This document shows positions 12,979 to 27,137 of a stretch of 64,000 nucleotides of DNA, piece by piece. Where the stretch lies: assembly GCA_951406725.2 (NCBI GenBank), contig OX597819.1:68944001-69008000 (forward strand), written 5' to 3'. A model generated the notes under the pieces. The model did not search any database and was not told where the DNA came from. It saw only the letters and a list, made by a program, of their open reading frames with translations. This DNA is from Octopus vulgaris. Taxonomy: Eukaryota. The first letter of the stretch is position 1. Each line of letters begins with the position of its first letter. A program made the translations under genes and the position numbers.

Positions 12979-14489
12979 TCCATATATATGCGCATGCGTG
13001 TGTGTGTATGTGTGTCGTTATCTCTATGTTTTTCGCATACCAAATTTCGTTTGTTTACGCCCAGTTATCATAGCGGTTCGGCAAAAGAAACCAATAGAAA
13101 AATTACAGGCTTTAAAAAACAATATCTTCGTTCGATTCGTCTGTCTGACAGATCTTCAAGGCGGTGTTCCAGCCTGGCCGCAGTCTAATGACTAGAATAA
13201 GTAAAAACAAAAGTAAAAGAAAACTATGTTGCAAGAATCAGGGTTTCAGAAATCCTCTCTATACTTCATTGAGTTTATGTAAATTGATATTCAAATAAAG
13301 GGAAGATAAAAGAAAATTAAACGGAGAACAAAGGAAAACGTGTTCTTATATAGAAATAAAAAGAAAACATCCGTGGGATGTGTGACGTATGAATGTAAGT
13401 GTTTAAACCTAGAATCCTGAAAGAATCATAATAAACACGTTGTTTCAAACAAAATTGAATTAAGCAAGCTTCAGAATAAAAACAAAACAAAAAAGAATGT
13501 TTTCTGGTAAGTGATAATAATAATAATATAAAGCGTGTAAATGGAATCATCAGGAAACAACTTTTTTAAATATCCCATGACAAGTGTCATTTCCCGGACG
13601 ATTTAAAATGGTTTACAACTTAACAAATTCCAGGGTTCACAAGACCGCAGGATAAGAACTGTGTTAGCAGATGAATTATATGCATTGATTAGCTTAGATT
13701 TCTCTAGGGTTTTCTTGGGAAAGGGAGGTATTAAGTATCATGCATCAAACTGCTCTTGATGTATGTATAGCTTGCATGATTAAAAATGTATTCGACAATA
13801 TCAGGTTACCGCAGCCATATTAGAATACTGTGACATGATGGTATATTACTATTATCATTCTTCGAAAAATAGAAAAAATGTAAAACTGGACGGACAAATA
13901 AATATATCATTTATGTGTCTCTTTAATTTTATTGAAATTGTATTTTAGTCGATAATATATATAATTATTATAATGTCGACTTATTTAGCAGGAAGGCCAT
14001 CACTAAATTTGAAACGAAGATATAAAAACACGTACAAATTACAAGTAGAATTGTACGCCATTTCTATTCTAATTTTTTCTTTCTCTCTTGCATTATACAT
14101 ATGTTACATTTGTTTCTATTTTTTTCCTGCTTTTCAATGATTATATTTTATTCTCTGCTTCAGTAACTTAGCTATGTTTAGAGTGCTGTAATTAAATGAT
14201 TAGCTATATCTTAGTTGAAGCAAATACAATACAACTATAATTTTGAAAATAGTTTTTTCTGTTTATTTTTTTACCTAAACAAAAATTGTAATACAAAGAC
14301 AACAAACATAATATTGATCGCACTATTTTGAATTCAAAATATTATGTATCATTAAGGGAAAATGGTGACTCATTTTGTATTTTTTATGTTGCAACTCATT
14401 AAACTCAACTTTATTGTTCATATTGTTTCATTTAAGGATAACCTTTAATTATTATCATAAAGTTTATTTTCATATATTTATGAATATCA

Positions 14490-14720
14490 TGCGGTGTCAC
14501 GAGGATTAGTGATCGGGATGTAACTGTTATAATCACAAATTCGTTGTTTCTATTCCCGGCTGTGTTGAGTTCTTGAGCATAAAACTTCGATTCACGTTAG
14601 AGTACTCCACTCAACTGGAGGTGAACAAGCCTGTGTCGGGCTAGCGTCCCGTCCTTGGGACCTGTTGTGATTTTGGATATATTTATGTCAAGGAAAGTGG
14701 TCAGCTGGCTCTATAAGCCA
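14490..14720 (+). mobile_element. Degenerate SINE family 3 (V-domain-like)
   Basis: GGGCTAGCGTCCCGTCC resembles GACTGGCGTCTCATCCAG in the 36470 copy. Confidence 0.45.
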
Positions 14721-14744
14721 CAGGAAATGAAACGATACTTAAAG

Positions 14745-15058
14745 CTTATTGTATTTTTATGTGTACTTCAGTTTAAGAAATGAGAATCGATTGTGCAAGT
14801 GCAACGTGAATTTCGCCGGCAATTCAAAAAAATCCACCTCGTCACAAGAAAATTTATGAATGGCATGAAAATTTCACATTTGTAAAGGAAAAAGCACCGG
14901 AGTTCATGGTGGTTATGGTGTTCATGTTGAGTGCATACTACCTTAAAATAAGTTTTAAAACTTCCCCTATCAAGAAGTATGTAGAATATGTTTGATTCTT
15001 TTACCGTTTGTTTTAAAAGTAAATTTAAAACCTGCTCTTTGTTTTTGAATAAACCTGT
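14745..15058 (+). mobile_element. Tc1/mariner relic (N-terminal HTH fragment plus one terminus)
   Basis: Manual translation CVLQFKK*ESIVQVQREFRRQF..PPRHKKIYEWHENF; terminal TTTTTGAATAAACCTG. Confidence 0.6.
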
Positions 15059-15251
15059 TTATAAGCACAGTTAAAGTTTATAAATCTTATTCAGGGATAG
15101 CAAAATCCTATGAAAGTACATTGTATAACTTTATCTACCTCTGTAGAGATTTGACTTTCAAGTAATTTTTCATTTAATTAATTAATTTTCTAAGAGCCTG
15201 AATTCAAACAGCTGTAAGTGATGTTTGTTCATTTCTAATAAATAAAATTAC

Positions 15252-15535
15252 ACAAAAACAATCGCAGCGTAGGTGGTTATAAGTCATTTAAAAACGCACA
15301 AAAACATTTCAATTCATTTCCATATCTAAATATAAATTGCCGAAATATTTTCGTCGCTTTGAGACCGTGGCCTGATCACTGTCAGTGATCTCATCAATTT
15401 TGACAGTGATCAGATCGCGATCTGAAAGCGATGAAAATATTATGGCAAATTAAATTTAAATGTTGAAGTGAATCTAACGATTTTGTATGTTTATAAATGG
15501 CTTATAAACACCTTCTACGATGCAATTGCTTTTGT
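15252..15535. repeat. Imperfect ~280-bp fold-back (MITE-like)
   Basis: Arms pair around ~15393 (CTGATCACTGTCA/TGACAGTGATCAG; AATATTTTCGTCGCTTT/AAAGCGATGAAAATATT). Confidence 0.8.
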
Positions 15536-15854
15536 TTCAGCGCACGATCTTAGATCAGGTCACTTGCTATGCAAGTACATCTGCGTGATAAATATATAAT
15601 AATTCATTATTTACCTCTCCTTTCTCTCATCTTATTATATATATATATATACATATATTCCTCCCTCCATCTGTGAAATCTTGTATCCATGCCGTAAGGC
15701 TTCATTTCCACACACGCCAGCTTAATTTAATTCGTCCTTAGTCGAAAGACATCTGTTGTTATGTATTGCTATTATTTTTATTGTATTTGTGTAACATTTC
15801 CCGTTTTTCTTTCAGTCCTTGTTTTTTCCGTCCATATATATATATGTGTGTATA

Positions 15855-15990
<136 letters not shown>

Positions 15991-16153
15991 TATATTATAT
16001 GAGGGCATTACTATACATTAATGCCTCATGCTAGGAAGGACTCTTAAAATCAAAACTACCAAAATAAATAAATATTTATTTTCGTAGTTTTGATTTTAAG
16101 AGACCCTCCAAGCGGGTGGCATTTATGTATAGAAATGCCCTCAATATAATATA
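15991..16153. repeat. ~160-bp fold-back next to (TA)n
   Basis: CTCTTAAAATCAAAACTAC/GTAGTTTTGATTTTAAGAG and GAGGGCATT/AATGCCCTC. Confidence 0.85.
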
Positions 16154-16187
16154 AATAAATATATTTAAGAGAAAATTTGATAGATTT

Positions 16188-16580
16188 TTCTTTTGTGTTT
16201 CAGTTATTTGACTGCGGACATGCTAGAGCACCTCTTTTAGTCGAACAAATCGACCCCAGGACTTATTCCTTGTAACCCTAGTACTTATTCTATCGAACAC
16301 TTTTGCTGAACCGCCCAGTTACGGGGTCGAAAACACCACCATCGGTTGTCAAGTGATGTTGGGGGGACAAACACAGACACACAAACACACACATATATAC
16401 ATATATACACATATATACGATCGGCTTCTTTCAGTTTCCGTCTACCAAATCCACTCTCAAGGCTTTGGTTGACCCGAGGCTATAGTAGAAGACACTTGCC
16501 CAAGGTGCTACGCAGTGGGACTGAACCCGGAACCATGTGGTTTGTAAGCAAGCTACTTACCACACAGCCATTCCTGCGCC
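16188..16580 (-). mobile_element. SINE family 1
   Basis: Full head to tail match to other copies. Confidence 0.9.
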
Positions 16581-17718
16581 TAATTTTAAATTATATATAC
16601 ACACACACACATATATATGGGGGGGATCACACACGCAAGTTTCTTTTTTTGTTTGCTTGTTTTCTTTGTCGTCCCCTTCTAATTTGACAAATGGTGTTAG
16701 TTTACTTGTCTCCGTAACCTAGCGGTACGGCCAAATGTTCTGACGGATAATTACGAGACTTTACCAAAAACAATATTAGGCTGGTGATCGAGTACGATTG
16801 TACGTCAATGACGAAATCATACCAATGAATGTGCATATGTGTCTCTGTCTGTGAGTTAGTGTGTGAGAATATGAAAGCAGTTGGTCTCTTTGATTGAGCC
16901 TCAGCGAGCTTGTGTGTAAGATTTTCTTTCTCTGTGTCTTCGGTGTAAAGTTATGTGTCCAGCTAACTAATTAAAGATATTGATAGAAATTTATTCGTAT
17001 AGCTCATGAAATAAAAGATATGAAACTGCTTCAAATCTCAGTTCACATTTCAGTTTGATTGATACTGCAATACACTCATAATTAAATACAAAAGTGTTAA
17101 ATAAAATGCTACAAAAAATACTGGACAATGAAATACAAGCTTTGATTAAAAGTAAACAACCCTTCTAGCCCCCTAAAATATCAGGTATCCCTAAAATATA
17201 TCACAAGTAAGGCGTATAGTATAAAATTAAACACTATTTAATCTCATTTCAATTAAATACAATCGTGTGCCCATAGTCTATATTTGTCAAGTTTAAGAGC
17301 TGTGCCAAGCTATGCGAAAGTCATTGTTCCAGACAGAAAATGACATTGAGAATGTAATCAAACAATGCTTTTAAGATAACGTTTTTTTGCAAAGTAAACA
17401 CAGCAAGTGAAGAAGAAGACATGTCAATTGATAAATGGATAAGAATCGAATTAATTAATGTTGTAAGATAACGTTTGAAAGAAACGAAGTTCCTCATCTA
17501 TACAAACACACAAAGACACACACATATGCACACACTCACACATACACACTCACACACACACACCCAAACGCATAGACATAATTATCTATAATTAATGAAA
17601 ACAGAATGAACAAATTTTAAATCCAAATCACAACAATTGTTTCCGTGCAGTGGTAACAGCCGCTAGTCTCTAAGTTTCCTATATAATAGATATGATTATA
17701 TAGATACTATCTCTTTTT

Positions 17719-17926
17719 TTACTCTTTTACTCTTTTACTTGTTTCAGTCATTTGACTGCGGCCATGCTGGAGCACCGCCTTTAGTCGAGGAAATCGACCC
17801 CGGGACTTATTCTTTGTAAGCCCAGTACTTATTCTATCGGTCTCTTTTGCCGAACCGCTAAGTGACGGGGACGTAAACACACCAGCATCGGTTGTCCAGC
17901 AATACTAGGGGGCAAACACAGACACA

Positions 17927-17992
<66 letters not shown>

Positions 17993-18171
17993 CATACATA
18001 CATATATACGACAGGCTTCTTTCAGTTTCCGTCTACCAAATCCACTCACAAGGCATTGGTCGGCCCGGGGCTATAGCAGAAGACACTTACCCAAGATGCC
18101 ACGCAGTGGGACTGAACCCGGAACCATGTGGTTGGTTAGCAAGCTACTTACCACACAGCCACTCCTGCGCC
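17719..18171 (-). mobile_element. SINE family 1 (best-preserved copy)
   Basis: GGCGCAGGAGTGGCTGTGTGGTAAG...GGTTCCGGGTTCAGTCCC head; (AGTAAAAG)n-like tail. Confidence 0.92.
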
Positions 18172-18390
18172 TATATAAATATATCATCCTGCAATATCTG
18201 TGTATTCACACATCATCAGTGGAGTGCATACTAGAAGTAGTAGGTCGTATTCGGCATATAGACATAATAGCTTTTGTGCCCATAATAATAAAGGGTTTTA
18301 TATGCTGGTCATTGATAAAATTTATTACTTTTTATAATTTTATCCTCTAATTATGACTTAAACACATATATGTGTGTGTGGGTGGGTGTT

Positions 18391-18436
<46 letters not shown>

Positions 18437-18444
18437 CATTATTA

Positions 18445-18492
18445 TTCAGTTCTATATTTCAGAGATTCCGTGTTCGATTCCAAGGAGTGACA

Positions 18493-18572
<80 letters not shown>

Positions 18573-18722
18573 GGCGAAAATACCTTAGGAATGAGAACCA
18601 AGGTTCGAAATTTCCCCCAAAACACTTGATGTGGCCTGAAGGGTATACCAGCCGAAATGATGTATTAACTACAACAAACAAGATGAGGACAACTATCTGA
18701 CAAATGTAAATAATGTACATAA
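18445..18722 (+). mobile_element. 5'-truncated tRNA-head/(AAT)n/hammerhead composite element
   Basis: B box GTTCGATTCC 18472-18481, (AAT)n 18495-18570, tail homologous to reverse complement of 51893-52045 with decayed HHR 18621-18666. Confidence 0.7.
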
Positions 18723-18787
18723 TTTAAATTATTATTACATGTACAATCATACATACAAACCCACACCCACACCCACCCATCCACATC

Positions 18788-18849
<62 letters not shown>

Positions 18850-19078
18850 TTCCTATACACATATACAATTAAATGAGGCAGCTAGTTGGTAAGATTTTAC
18901 CAAAAAGGAAAGCAATAAATGCCATTAAACATGACTGAGGATGACTAAGCGGATAAGAACCCATACACTGCTAGAAATGATAGATGAAGGACCCTGCTGC
19001 TGCTATAAAAGCACGTAGAATTGGATAGATACAAGGGGATATATTTTATTTATATATGTCTACATATATATATGAGTC

Positions 19079-19208
<130 letters not shown>

Positions 19209-19378
19209 TATATGCATTTATATGTATATATATTCCCGTGATGAAATACCCAATTAACCAGTTTCAATATTAAAATTTGAATTAAATTAATTTCTGTAAT
19301 TGAGTTAAATAGGTTTGGAAGGAGCTGTAGGACGGAATTGTGTTATATGAATTTGATCATATTTAAATAAACTATATG

Positions 19379-19424
<46 letters not shown>

Positions 19425-19448
19425 TATATATATATACATATGATTCTA

Positions 19449-19839
19449 TTCTTTTACATGTTTCAGTCATTTGACGGCGGCCATGCTGGAGCACCACGTT
19501 TATTCTAGGAAATCGACCCCAGGGCTTGTTCTTTGTAAGCCTAGTACTTATTCTAGCAGTCTCTTTTGCTGAACCGCTAAGCGATGGGGACGTAAACACA
19601 CCAGCATCTGTTTTCAACCGATGGTGTCGCGGACAAACCCAGACACAAAACACACACACATGTATGTATATATATGCGAAAGGCTTCTTTCAGTTTCCAT
19701 CTACCAAATCCACTGACAAGAGCTTGGTCACCCCGAGGCAATAGTAGAAGACACTCGCCCAAAGTTATACGCAGTAGGACTGAACCTGGAACCATGTGGT
19801 GGGTTAGCAAGCTACTTACCACACAGCTACTCCTGCGCC
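19449..19839 (-). mobile_element. SINE family 1
   Basis: Match to other copies. Confidence 0.88.
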
Positions 19840-19879
19840 TATATGTATATATGTACATGTATATTTATATTTCACCACC

Positions 19880-22800
19880 ATCCACCACTATGACCCCACT
19901 GCACATCCATTAAAAAGCAAACAAATAAGCAAAACACCAAAACAATTAAAACCATCCACTCTCGCCTCAACATTTTTGCTTAACGCCCAAGGCATCAGCC
20001 CTACCACCAATACTCAAAAATGGAAAATAAAATTCCTGGAAGACTGGGTTGATGCCCATCCAAACCACATCCCTTTCTTCGTCCTCACCGAAACCCATCC
20101 TAGTAACCTCCACTTGGAAGCCGAGGTAAAAGTTAAAGATTTCAAAGCCATTCGTGCTGATCTTGCTGGCAGAAGAAAGGGTGGGACTGCCATTTATGTT
20201 CATGATTCTTTCTCAACAGAGGCTATGAACATATTTTCCAATGGATACTGCGAAGCAGTCGCTGTATTCAGCCAAACCAACAACTTAATAGTAATTGGGC
20301 TCTACAGACCACCCCAAACGCATCTACCATGCTTCAAAGAATGCCTCAATAACATAAAGTGTTTCATTCAGCAGTATCAATCTGACAACATCTTAATGAT
20401 GGGGGACTTCAATCTCCCTGGAGTTGACTGGTCTACAAACAGTCTGCCGCCAGGTTCTTCTGTCTCAACCCCTGACAGGTAGGCAGTGGAATCGCTTCAT
20501 GATTTCATGCATGATTTCTTCCTTTCCCAACTGGTGCTCGAACCGAGATGTCACAAAAACGTCCTAGACTTAATTTTCTGCAATCACACTGACACTATCC
20601 ACAATATTGCAGTGGAGAAAACTCTACTCTCTGATCATGACATGGTTCTCTGTGATCTGAGATTTCACCGGCCAGAATGCAAAACAAACGTCATCCCTCC
20701 TGTCCATCCATTTGACACTATGGATTTCCACAACGCAAAGTGGTAAGCAATCAGTAATGATCTTGCACAAGTCGATTGGTCCTTCACGCACACATACACA
20801 CCGACTAACATCAAAAACATCAAAAAGTCCTGGCAGTCATTTGTAGACACCATTACGAACATATGTACAAAATACACCCCATTAAGATCCGCATTAAGAA
20901 GTGCAGAATCCCTAGAAATAGAAATTTAAAAGAATTAACAAAAAAATCAACAAGCTGAAATACTGTCAACAGCAACACACCAACCTGACTGCCATCACGT
21001 TACTAGAGATTAAAAAACATAATCTCCAAAACAACATGATGTTTATCATCAATAGTCAGAGAAGAACTGAAGAGGCCTGGGCCATTGAGAAGATCAAACT
21101 TAATCCCAAAGTGTTCTTCTCATTTGCAAAAAACACAAAGTTACTGGCTCTACTGTTGGCCCTCTGATTAATGAAATTGGTACTCTTCAAGACAATGCCA
21201 AAACCATGGGTGAGATGTTGCAGAAACAATACTGCTCTGTTTTCAGTAATCCTGATATGGCTGATCTGGGCTGTATCACTGGTGTTACTCCCCAATACAC
21301 ATTATCGGACATAACCTTTGGTGCTCCTGATGTTTTAGCAGCAATAAAGGAAATGAAGCATAATTCAGCAGTAGGTCCCGATAGGTTCCCTGCTTGTGTC
21401 TTGAAGATGTGTCAACACCAACTTGCACCCCCTCTAGCCAATATGTGGGCGGAACTCACTGGATGCTGGATATATACCAGAAAACCTTCTATCCCAGTCT
21501 GTTGTCCCAGTTTTCAAATAAGGAAACAAATCCCTTGCCGTGAATTACCGTCCAATCTCACTCACCTCTCATATCATTAAGGTATTTGAGAGAGTGGTGA
21601 GATCGCGTATGACTCACTTCCTTGAGTCATAATATGCTGAACTCCAACCAGCATGGATTCCGTAATGGAAGTTATTGCCTGACGCAGCTACTGCATCACT
21701 TCGATGAAATTTTGAGTGCCTCGGGAGAGGGTTCCAAAACTGATGTTATCTACCTTGATTTCAGCAAGGTCTTTGACAGGGTTGATCATAAGATCCTTTT
21801 GAGAAAGCTGTCCAATATTAGTGTCACTGGAAAGCTGCTGCAATGGATCAAGTGCTTCCTGTCTAACAGAACCCAACATGTTGTAGTCGAAGGAGTCAAA
21901 TCCAGCCTAGCCAAAGTCAGTAGTGGTGTCCCACAAGGCACTGTGTTGGGCCCACTTCTCTTCATCATCTACATTAATGGCATCACTGACATCATCAAAT
22001 ACAGTAACATCAGAATCTTCGCTGATGATTCCAAGCTCCAGAAGGTCATCGATGGCGTGGATGACCGGATAAACCTTCAGTCAGACCTACTGGCTGTTGT
22101 CCAATGGGCGGAAAAGAACAACATGTTGCTAAACGAAGACAAATTCGAATTTATCCATTTTGGAAGGGAGGACGCTCTGAAACTCCCATACTCCCTTCCT
22201 TCTGGTGAAACTCTCATGGCGTCTAACAACATCAGAGACTTGGGAGTAACTGTGGACAACAACATAAGCTGGGCTACACATATAAGCAGCAAAGTTGACA
22301 TGGCCCGCAGAATGTGTTCTTGGATTCTCAGAAGCTTCCAGTCGAGAGATTCCCACACCATTATCCTTCTCTTCTCTACTTTTGCCCGACCTCACCTTGA
22401 ATACTGCTGTCCAATTGTGGTCTCCCTACATGAAACGGAATATTATGAAAGTTGAAGCTCCCCAAAGGTCAATCACGAAAAAGATAGAGAGCATGTCAGA
22501 CCTTGACTACTGGGGTCGACTGGAAAAGCTGAAACTGTATTCACTCCAACAACGCCGTGAACGCTACATTATCTGTATGATGTGGAAAATATTCCATCAG
22601 CACTGTCTAAATGATGTTGGTATCACCTTCAAAATACATCCAAGGCTTGGACCCCGTGCCATCCGTCCACAACAAAAATCTAAATCGCATCTCATAACAA
22701 CAATACGGCACAATTATTTCACCTCAATTGGACCTGGTCTCTTCAATATTACACCAGGACACGTCAAAACAGAAACTGACCACACAAAATTCAAGCAGTC

Positions 22801-22981
22801 TTTGGACAAATTCCTTCAAACAGTCTCGGACAAACCACCCACACCCGGTTATGTCTCCGCAAACAATAACTCTCAGCTCGAATGTGCCTTTGTGCCCAAA
22901 TCCTGAATTGAAAGACTTCGCCAGGTGGTGCTATTAAGTTAGACATGGCCTGGGCCAATACTGGCCAAAACCTTTCTAAGT
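19880..22981 (+). mobile_element. CR1/L2-group LINE with near-complete but disrupted ORF2 (APE + RT) and 3' UTR
   Basis: APE motifs VLTETH, YRPP, MGDFN, LDLIF, LSDH; RT motifs YLDFSK.FDRVDH, SGVPQGTVLGPLLF, FADDSKL, RPHLEYC; several stops and frameshifts. Confidence 0.93.
19976..22906 (+). pseudogene. LINE ORF2 endonuclease/reverse transcriptase pseudogene
   Basis: Track ORFs 19976, 20486, 21206, 21622, 22295 are consecutive pieces of one polyprotein. Confidence 0.9.
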
Positions 22982-23023
<42 letters not shown>

Positions 23024-23027
<4 letters not shown>

Positions 23028-23236
23028 TAACGGTCATTTTCATATTATTTTCTTCGATGTTCCGATAACTGAAGAGATGGCGGCGTGGGATTCCGCCCCG
23101 ACATCCGAAATGAATTAAGTTTTATCATTTCTACAGAATAATTGTCACATATTATATTTACAGATAAATTCCTCTGTTTACATAATATCGAGGTCTTTTA
23201 GTCATTTTTTTGTTTTCTTACCATTTCTATCAATAT
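23024..23236 (+). mobile_element. Short PLE 3'-end derivative related to 2150-2358, with HHR-like motif 23064-23126
   Basis: GATAA-CTGAAGA-GATG..CATC-C-GAAA..TT-TTATC; tail matches reverse complement of 2150-2230. Confidence 0.7.
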
Positions 23237-23411
23237 ATATATAGTATAAAAATATAAATACTATTAAAGTATTGATACAGTACAGCACTCAATATAAATT
23301 CAGTATATAATATTCTCATTGAATATTTTTAACTAAAGATTTATATATATATATATACTGTATATATATATATATATACTTTATTTTAAGCAGCAGAAAA
23401 TTCAACAAAAT

Positions 23412-23449
23412 CTGTTACTCTGAGTTTCTCGTTGCCGTTCATCAGACAG
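23412..23449 (-). ncRNA. Minimal hammerhead motif in a ~95-bp insertion in (TA)n
   Basis: Minus: CTGT-CTGATGA-A CG gcaa CG A-GAAA-CTC a GAG-TA-ACAG. Confidence 0.6.
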
Positions 23450-24325
23450 TTCATCAGACAGTTCATCAGCCCAGATATATATATATATATATGATATAGC
23501 ATATATTCCCAATGCAATACACAGTGGCGCATTGTTAAGATTAATCCAATGCATTTTAAAGTGACCTCAAAACAGCAAACAGTAAAGGCAGATGGAGTGC
23601 CTACGTTTAGTAGGGAATTATGAATCCTGCCTTGTCGTATTATTTGGTGAGCTGTTTCATATACAAATTTTGGGTCATGTAGTTTCCTAGGAATCACGTT
23701 TTCTGTAGTGATTCAATTGTATCGCATTTTGAAAGAACAATTTCATAATCCTGAATTAACATCACAGTAGGATGTGTTTTGGGGAAACACTACCGAAAAG
23801 CTATCGCTTGGTTGGCCAATCATTAACTGCTTTCAGAACCAGCAAATTCATGTGACTAAACTCAATAAAACAAAAAACTGACTGGGCGTATAGTTTAAAA
23901 GTGAAAACAAGGTGGTCTGTTTACATCTCAGACATAAGGCAATATTAGGGGCTGTTATACTCTCAATGCGTTGTTCGTAATTTCTGCACTACTTGTGTTC
24001 CATTACACCCGGACCTCCCCCATATTTTAGTTTCAACTCTGTCTCGACGTGAATAGAATGTGATTAATGAGAAAAAGAATCTAAAATACAACTTACGCTG
24101 AGTACAGTGAGATAAATTTTTATGTATCTGCTCAATTGCAATCATGTTTTGGACGATTGCTTATAATATTTTGCTAGTTTAGATAATCGATTTTTAAATG
24201 ATTGCTGCGTTAAAGCAATAAACCTCCTCTGGCATGACCGAAATACTGAGAATACAAATGACGTTTTGTGATTCTGATACACGTGAAATGTTGATATTGA
24301 ATGAAAGCATAATTTTCTAATCATC

Positions 24326-24548
<223 letters not shown>

Positions 24549-24550
24549 CT

Positions 24551-24935
24551 ATTAACAAGAGGAATGACCACTAAATTGGAATCCTATACGTTAGAAGTAG
24601 ACGTCAAATCGCCTTACCACAAAGAGTGTGTTCTCATTTTGTAAGTATTAATAATGAAATCATGATACGTAGATAATCGTTTTATTTTGTAACTTTTCAT
24701 TTGCCTTGCTTATTTTTTACATTTTGGCATTTACTGGGTTTTTTCTTGAGAACACACTCTTTGTGGTAAGGCGATTTGACGTCTATTTCTAGCGTATAGT
24801 TTTCCCCTTTAGTGGTCATTCCTTTTATTAATTGTAATATAATTTTTAAATCTTAAAAATTTTAATATGCTAGACCACTGGTTTAAATTGATATTAATTG
24901 ACTGATATCAATTTCTACCCTCAGTATTTTAAATT
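24551..24935. mobile_element. Non-coding element with ~85-bp inverted arms (24551-24637/24747-24832) between (TA)n; PLE-like inversion
   Basis: TAGACGTCAAATCGCCTTACCACAAAGAGTGTGTTCTC and its reverse complement; related terminus at ~56390. Confidence 0.7.
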
Positions 24936-24945
24936 ATACATACAT

Positions 24946-25032
<87 letters not shown>

Positions 25033-25402
25033 CTTATAACTATGTACGTGTGTCTCTGTGTATCAACATTTCATTGTTGTGGTCTCCATTAGATTCACAG
25101 TTTCGACTTCTAAAATGAATAGGTAACAATGGTACACTCATAGTTATTGTATCAATCCTATATAATATTTCACAAGTAATAAATATGAATGCTTGGACGC
25201 TGTGTTTCTTTAAGAAGGTTCACACCCAGAGCGAGTACATATGCGACAACATAAAGTTTCTCTGAGGGTCACTGGAATGTAGTGAAACAGGCGCACTCTG
25301 CGTTCGACATCGCTTGTTATCGCAGTCATAACTGTAAATTTATAAATGTGATTATGTAACTCCGGTTGACATATCATTCCTCAATTGAGTTACACAACCA
25401 TT

Positions 25403-25492
<90 letters not shown>

Positions 25493-25524
25493 CACATAAA
25501 TATGAATATATATGTATGCGTAGC

Positions 25525-25825
25525 ATACATTTACACGGCAACATAATTTCTTTTCCTCATCAGGCCCTGACCTATTTAATATTGCCTCGAAAGAGATCAA
25601 AGAGGAAAAGGATCCCATCAACTTTAAATGGGGTCTGGATAGATTCCTTCAAGGAATAACAGATAGGCCACCCATAAGTGGATACAACTCACCCAACAAA
25701 AACTCACTACTTGAATGGACCATAAACAAAACTTGACTTAAACAGGATTTAGATAATCCTATCAGGTGATGCTATTAAGTTAGACATGGCCTGGACCAAT
25801 CTTTGGTCGAAACATATCTAAGTTT
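25525..25825 (+). mobile_element. 3' fragment of a CR1-type LINE subfamily
   Basis: Closely matches 59375-59655; shares GCTATTAAGTTAGACATGGCCTGG with the 3' UTR at 22925-22955. Confidence 0.85.
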
Positions 25826-25850
25826 ATATGTATATACATATATATACAAA

Positions 25851-25949
<99 letters not shown>

Positions 25950-25969
25950 CGTGTATATATATATATATG

Positions 25970-26016
<47 letters not shown>

Positions 26017-26295
26017 ACAATTGAGGGTAAAATTAATTAATTAATCAATTTCACCAAGTGTTCAGTATGTAAAAGGACCATTTAAGGCGAATTCAAAATA
26101 TTACATTATATAATTAGGGCTTAGTAAAATAAATTACTTTGCCACATACTGAACTTAGTAGAAATAGCAGCCAAAAAAAAATTTTCTTAGCATTTCTACT
26201 ACTTAAAGAAAAATTTCTCTCAGATAATGTTTACTCCAGACACCTCACGAAGGTTTGGGGGTAAATACAGAAAAATATCACAAGTACATAGATCG

Positions 26296-26358
26296 TTTGT
26301 GTACGTCAACGTTTCAAGATTAGCCAAATAAAATCAGCATTTCTTTCCTCAGCTCAAA
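26296..26358 (-). ncRNA. Hammerhead ribozyme, inverted copy
   Basis: TTTGAG-CTGAGGA-AAGA..TCTT-GAAA-CGT tg ACG-TA-CACAAA (one helix I mismatch). Confidence 0.7.
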
Positions 26359-26569
26359 ATTTCTTAATTTGGATTTGGAAACACTAAAAAGAAGGAACTT
26401 TACCTATAAGCGAACTTGTCGCTTCAGATGAACCACTCCAACTAAACAGTGTCAACAAATTCAAAATGCGCAGGCGTAAAATTCTGCACTCCCCATTCCA
26501 CCCACGTGGTCTATCTAGCAAACATTATATTTTAACCGCGAGAACCGAGGCAGTATGACCGAGAGAAAT

Positions 26570-26632
26570 TTTGAGCTGACGAAAGAAATGCTGATTTTAT
26601 TTGGCTAATCTTGAAACGTTGACATACTCAAA
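26570..26632 (+). ncRNA. Hammerhead ribozyme
   Basis: TTTGAG-CTGACGA-AAGA..TCTT-GAAA-CGT tg ACA-TA-CTCAAA (one helix III mismatch). Confidence 0.72.
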
Positions 26633-27137
26633 CGATCTATGTACTTGTGATATTTTTCTGTATTTACCCCCAAACCTTCGTGAGCTGTCTGGAGTAAACA
26701 TTATCTGAGATAAATTTTTCTTTAAGTAGTAGAAATGCTAAGAAATTTTTTTTTTTGGCTGCTATTTCTACTAAGTTCAGTATGTGGCAAAGTAATTTAT
26801 TTTACTAAGCCCTAATTATATAATGTAATATTTTGAATTCGCCTTAAATGGTCCTTTTACATACTGAACACTTGGTGAAATTGATTAATTAATTAATTTT
26901 ACCCTCAATTGTTGATATTATAATCCATTTCTCTCGGTCATACTGCCTCGGTTCTCGCGGTTAAAATATAATGTTTGCTAGATAGACCACGTGGGTGGAA
27001 TGGGGAGTGCAGAATTTTACGCCTGCGCATTTTGAATTTGTTGACACTGTTTAGTTGGAGTGGTTCATCTGAAGCGACAAGTTCGCTGATAGGTAAAGTT
27101 CCTTCTTTATAGTGTTTCCAAATCCAAATTAAGAAAT

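Larger units (their letters stand above)
12243..13222 (+). mobile_element. SINE family 1 split by an insertion in its internal (TA)n
   Basis: Head/CORE 12243-12412 (GGCACCTTGGGCAAGTG); tail ~13040-13222 (GGCGGTGTTCCAGCCTGGCCGCAGTC). Confidence 0.75.

Noticed and set aside
19233-19335. HHR-like relics here and at ~41940, ~41165 and ~59820
   Set aside because: Too many core substitutions to separate from chance by eye
23437-23469. CRISPR-like repeat array
   Set aside because: 12-bp tandem with no spacers, in eukaryotic DNA
24868-24930. Hammerhead on minus (CTGAGGG...TAAACCAGTGGTC)
   Set aside because: Both core halves deviate and helix I is only 2 bp; better read as the shared GGGT.AAATT hairpin
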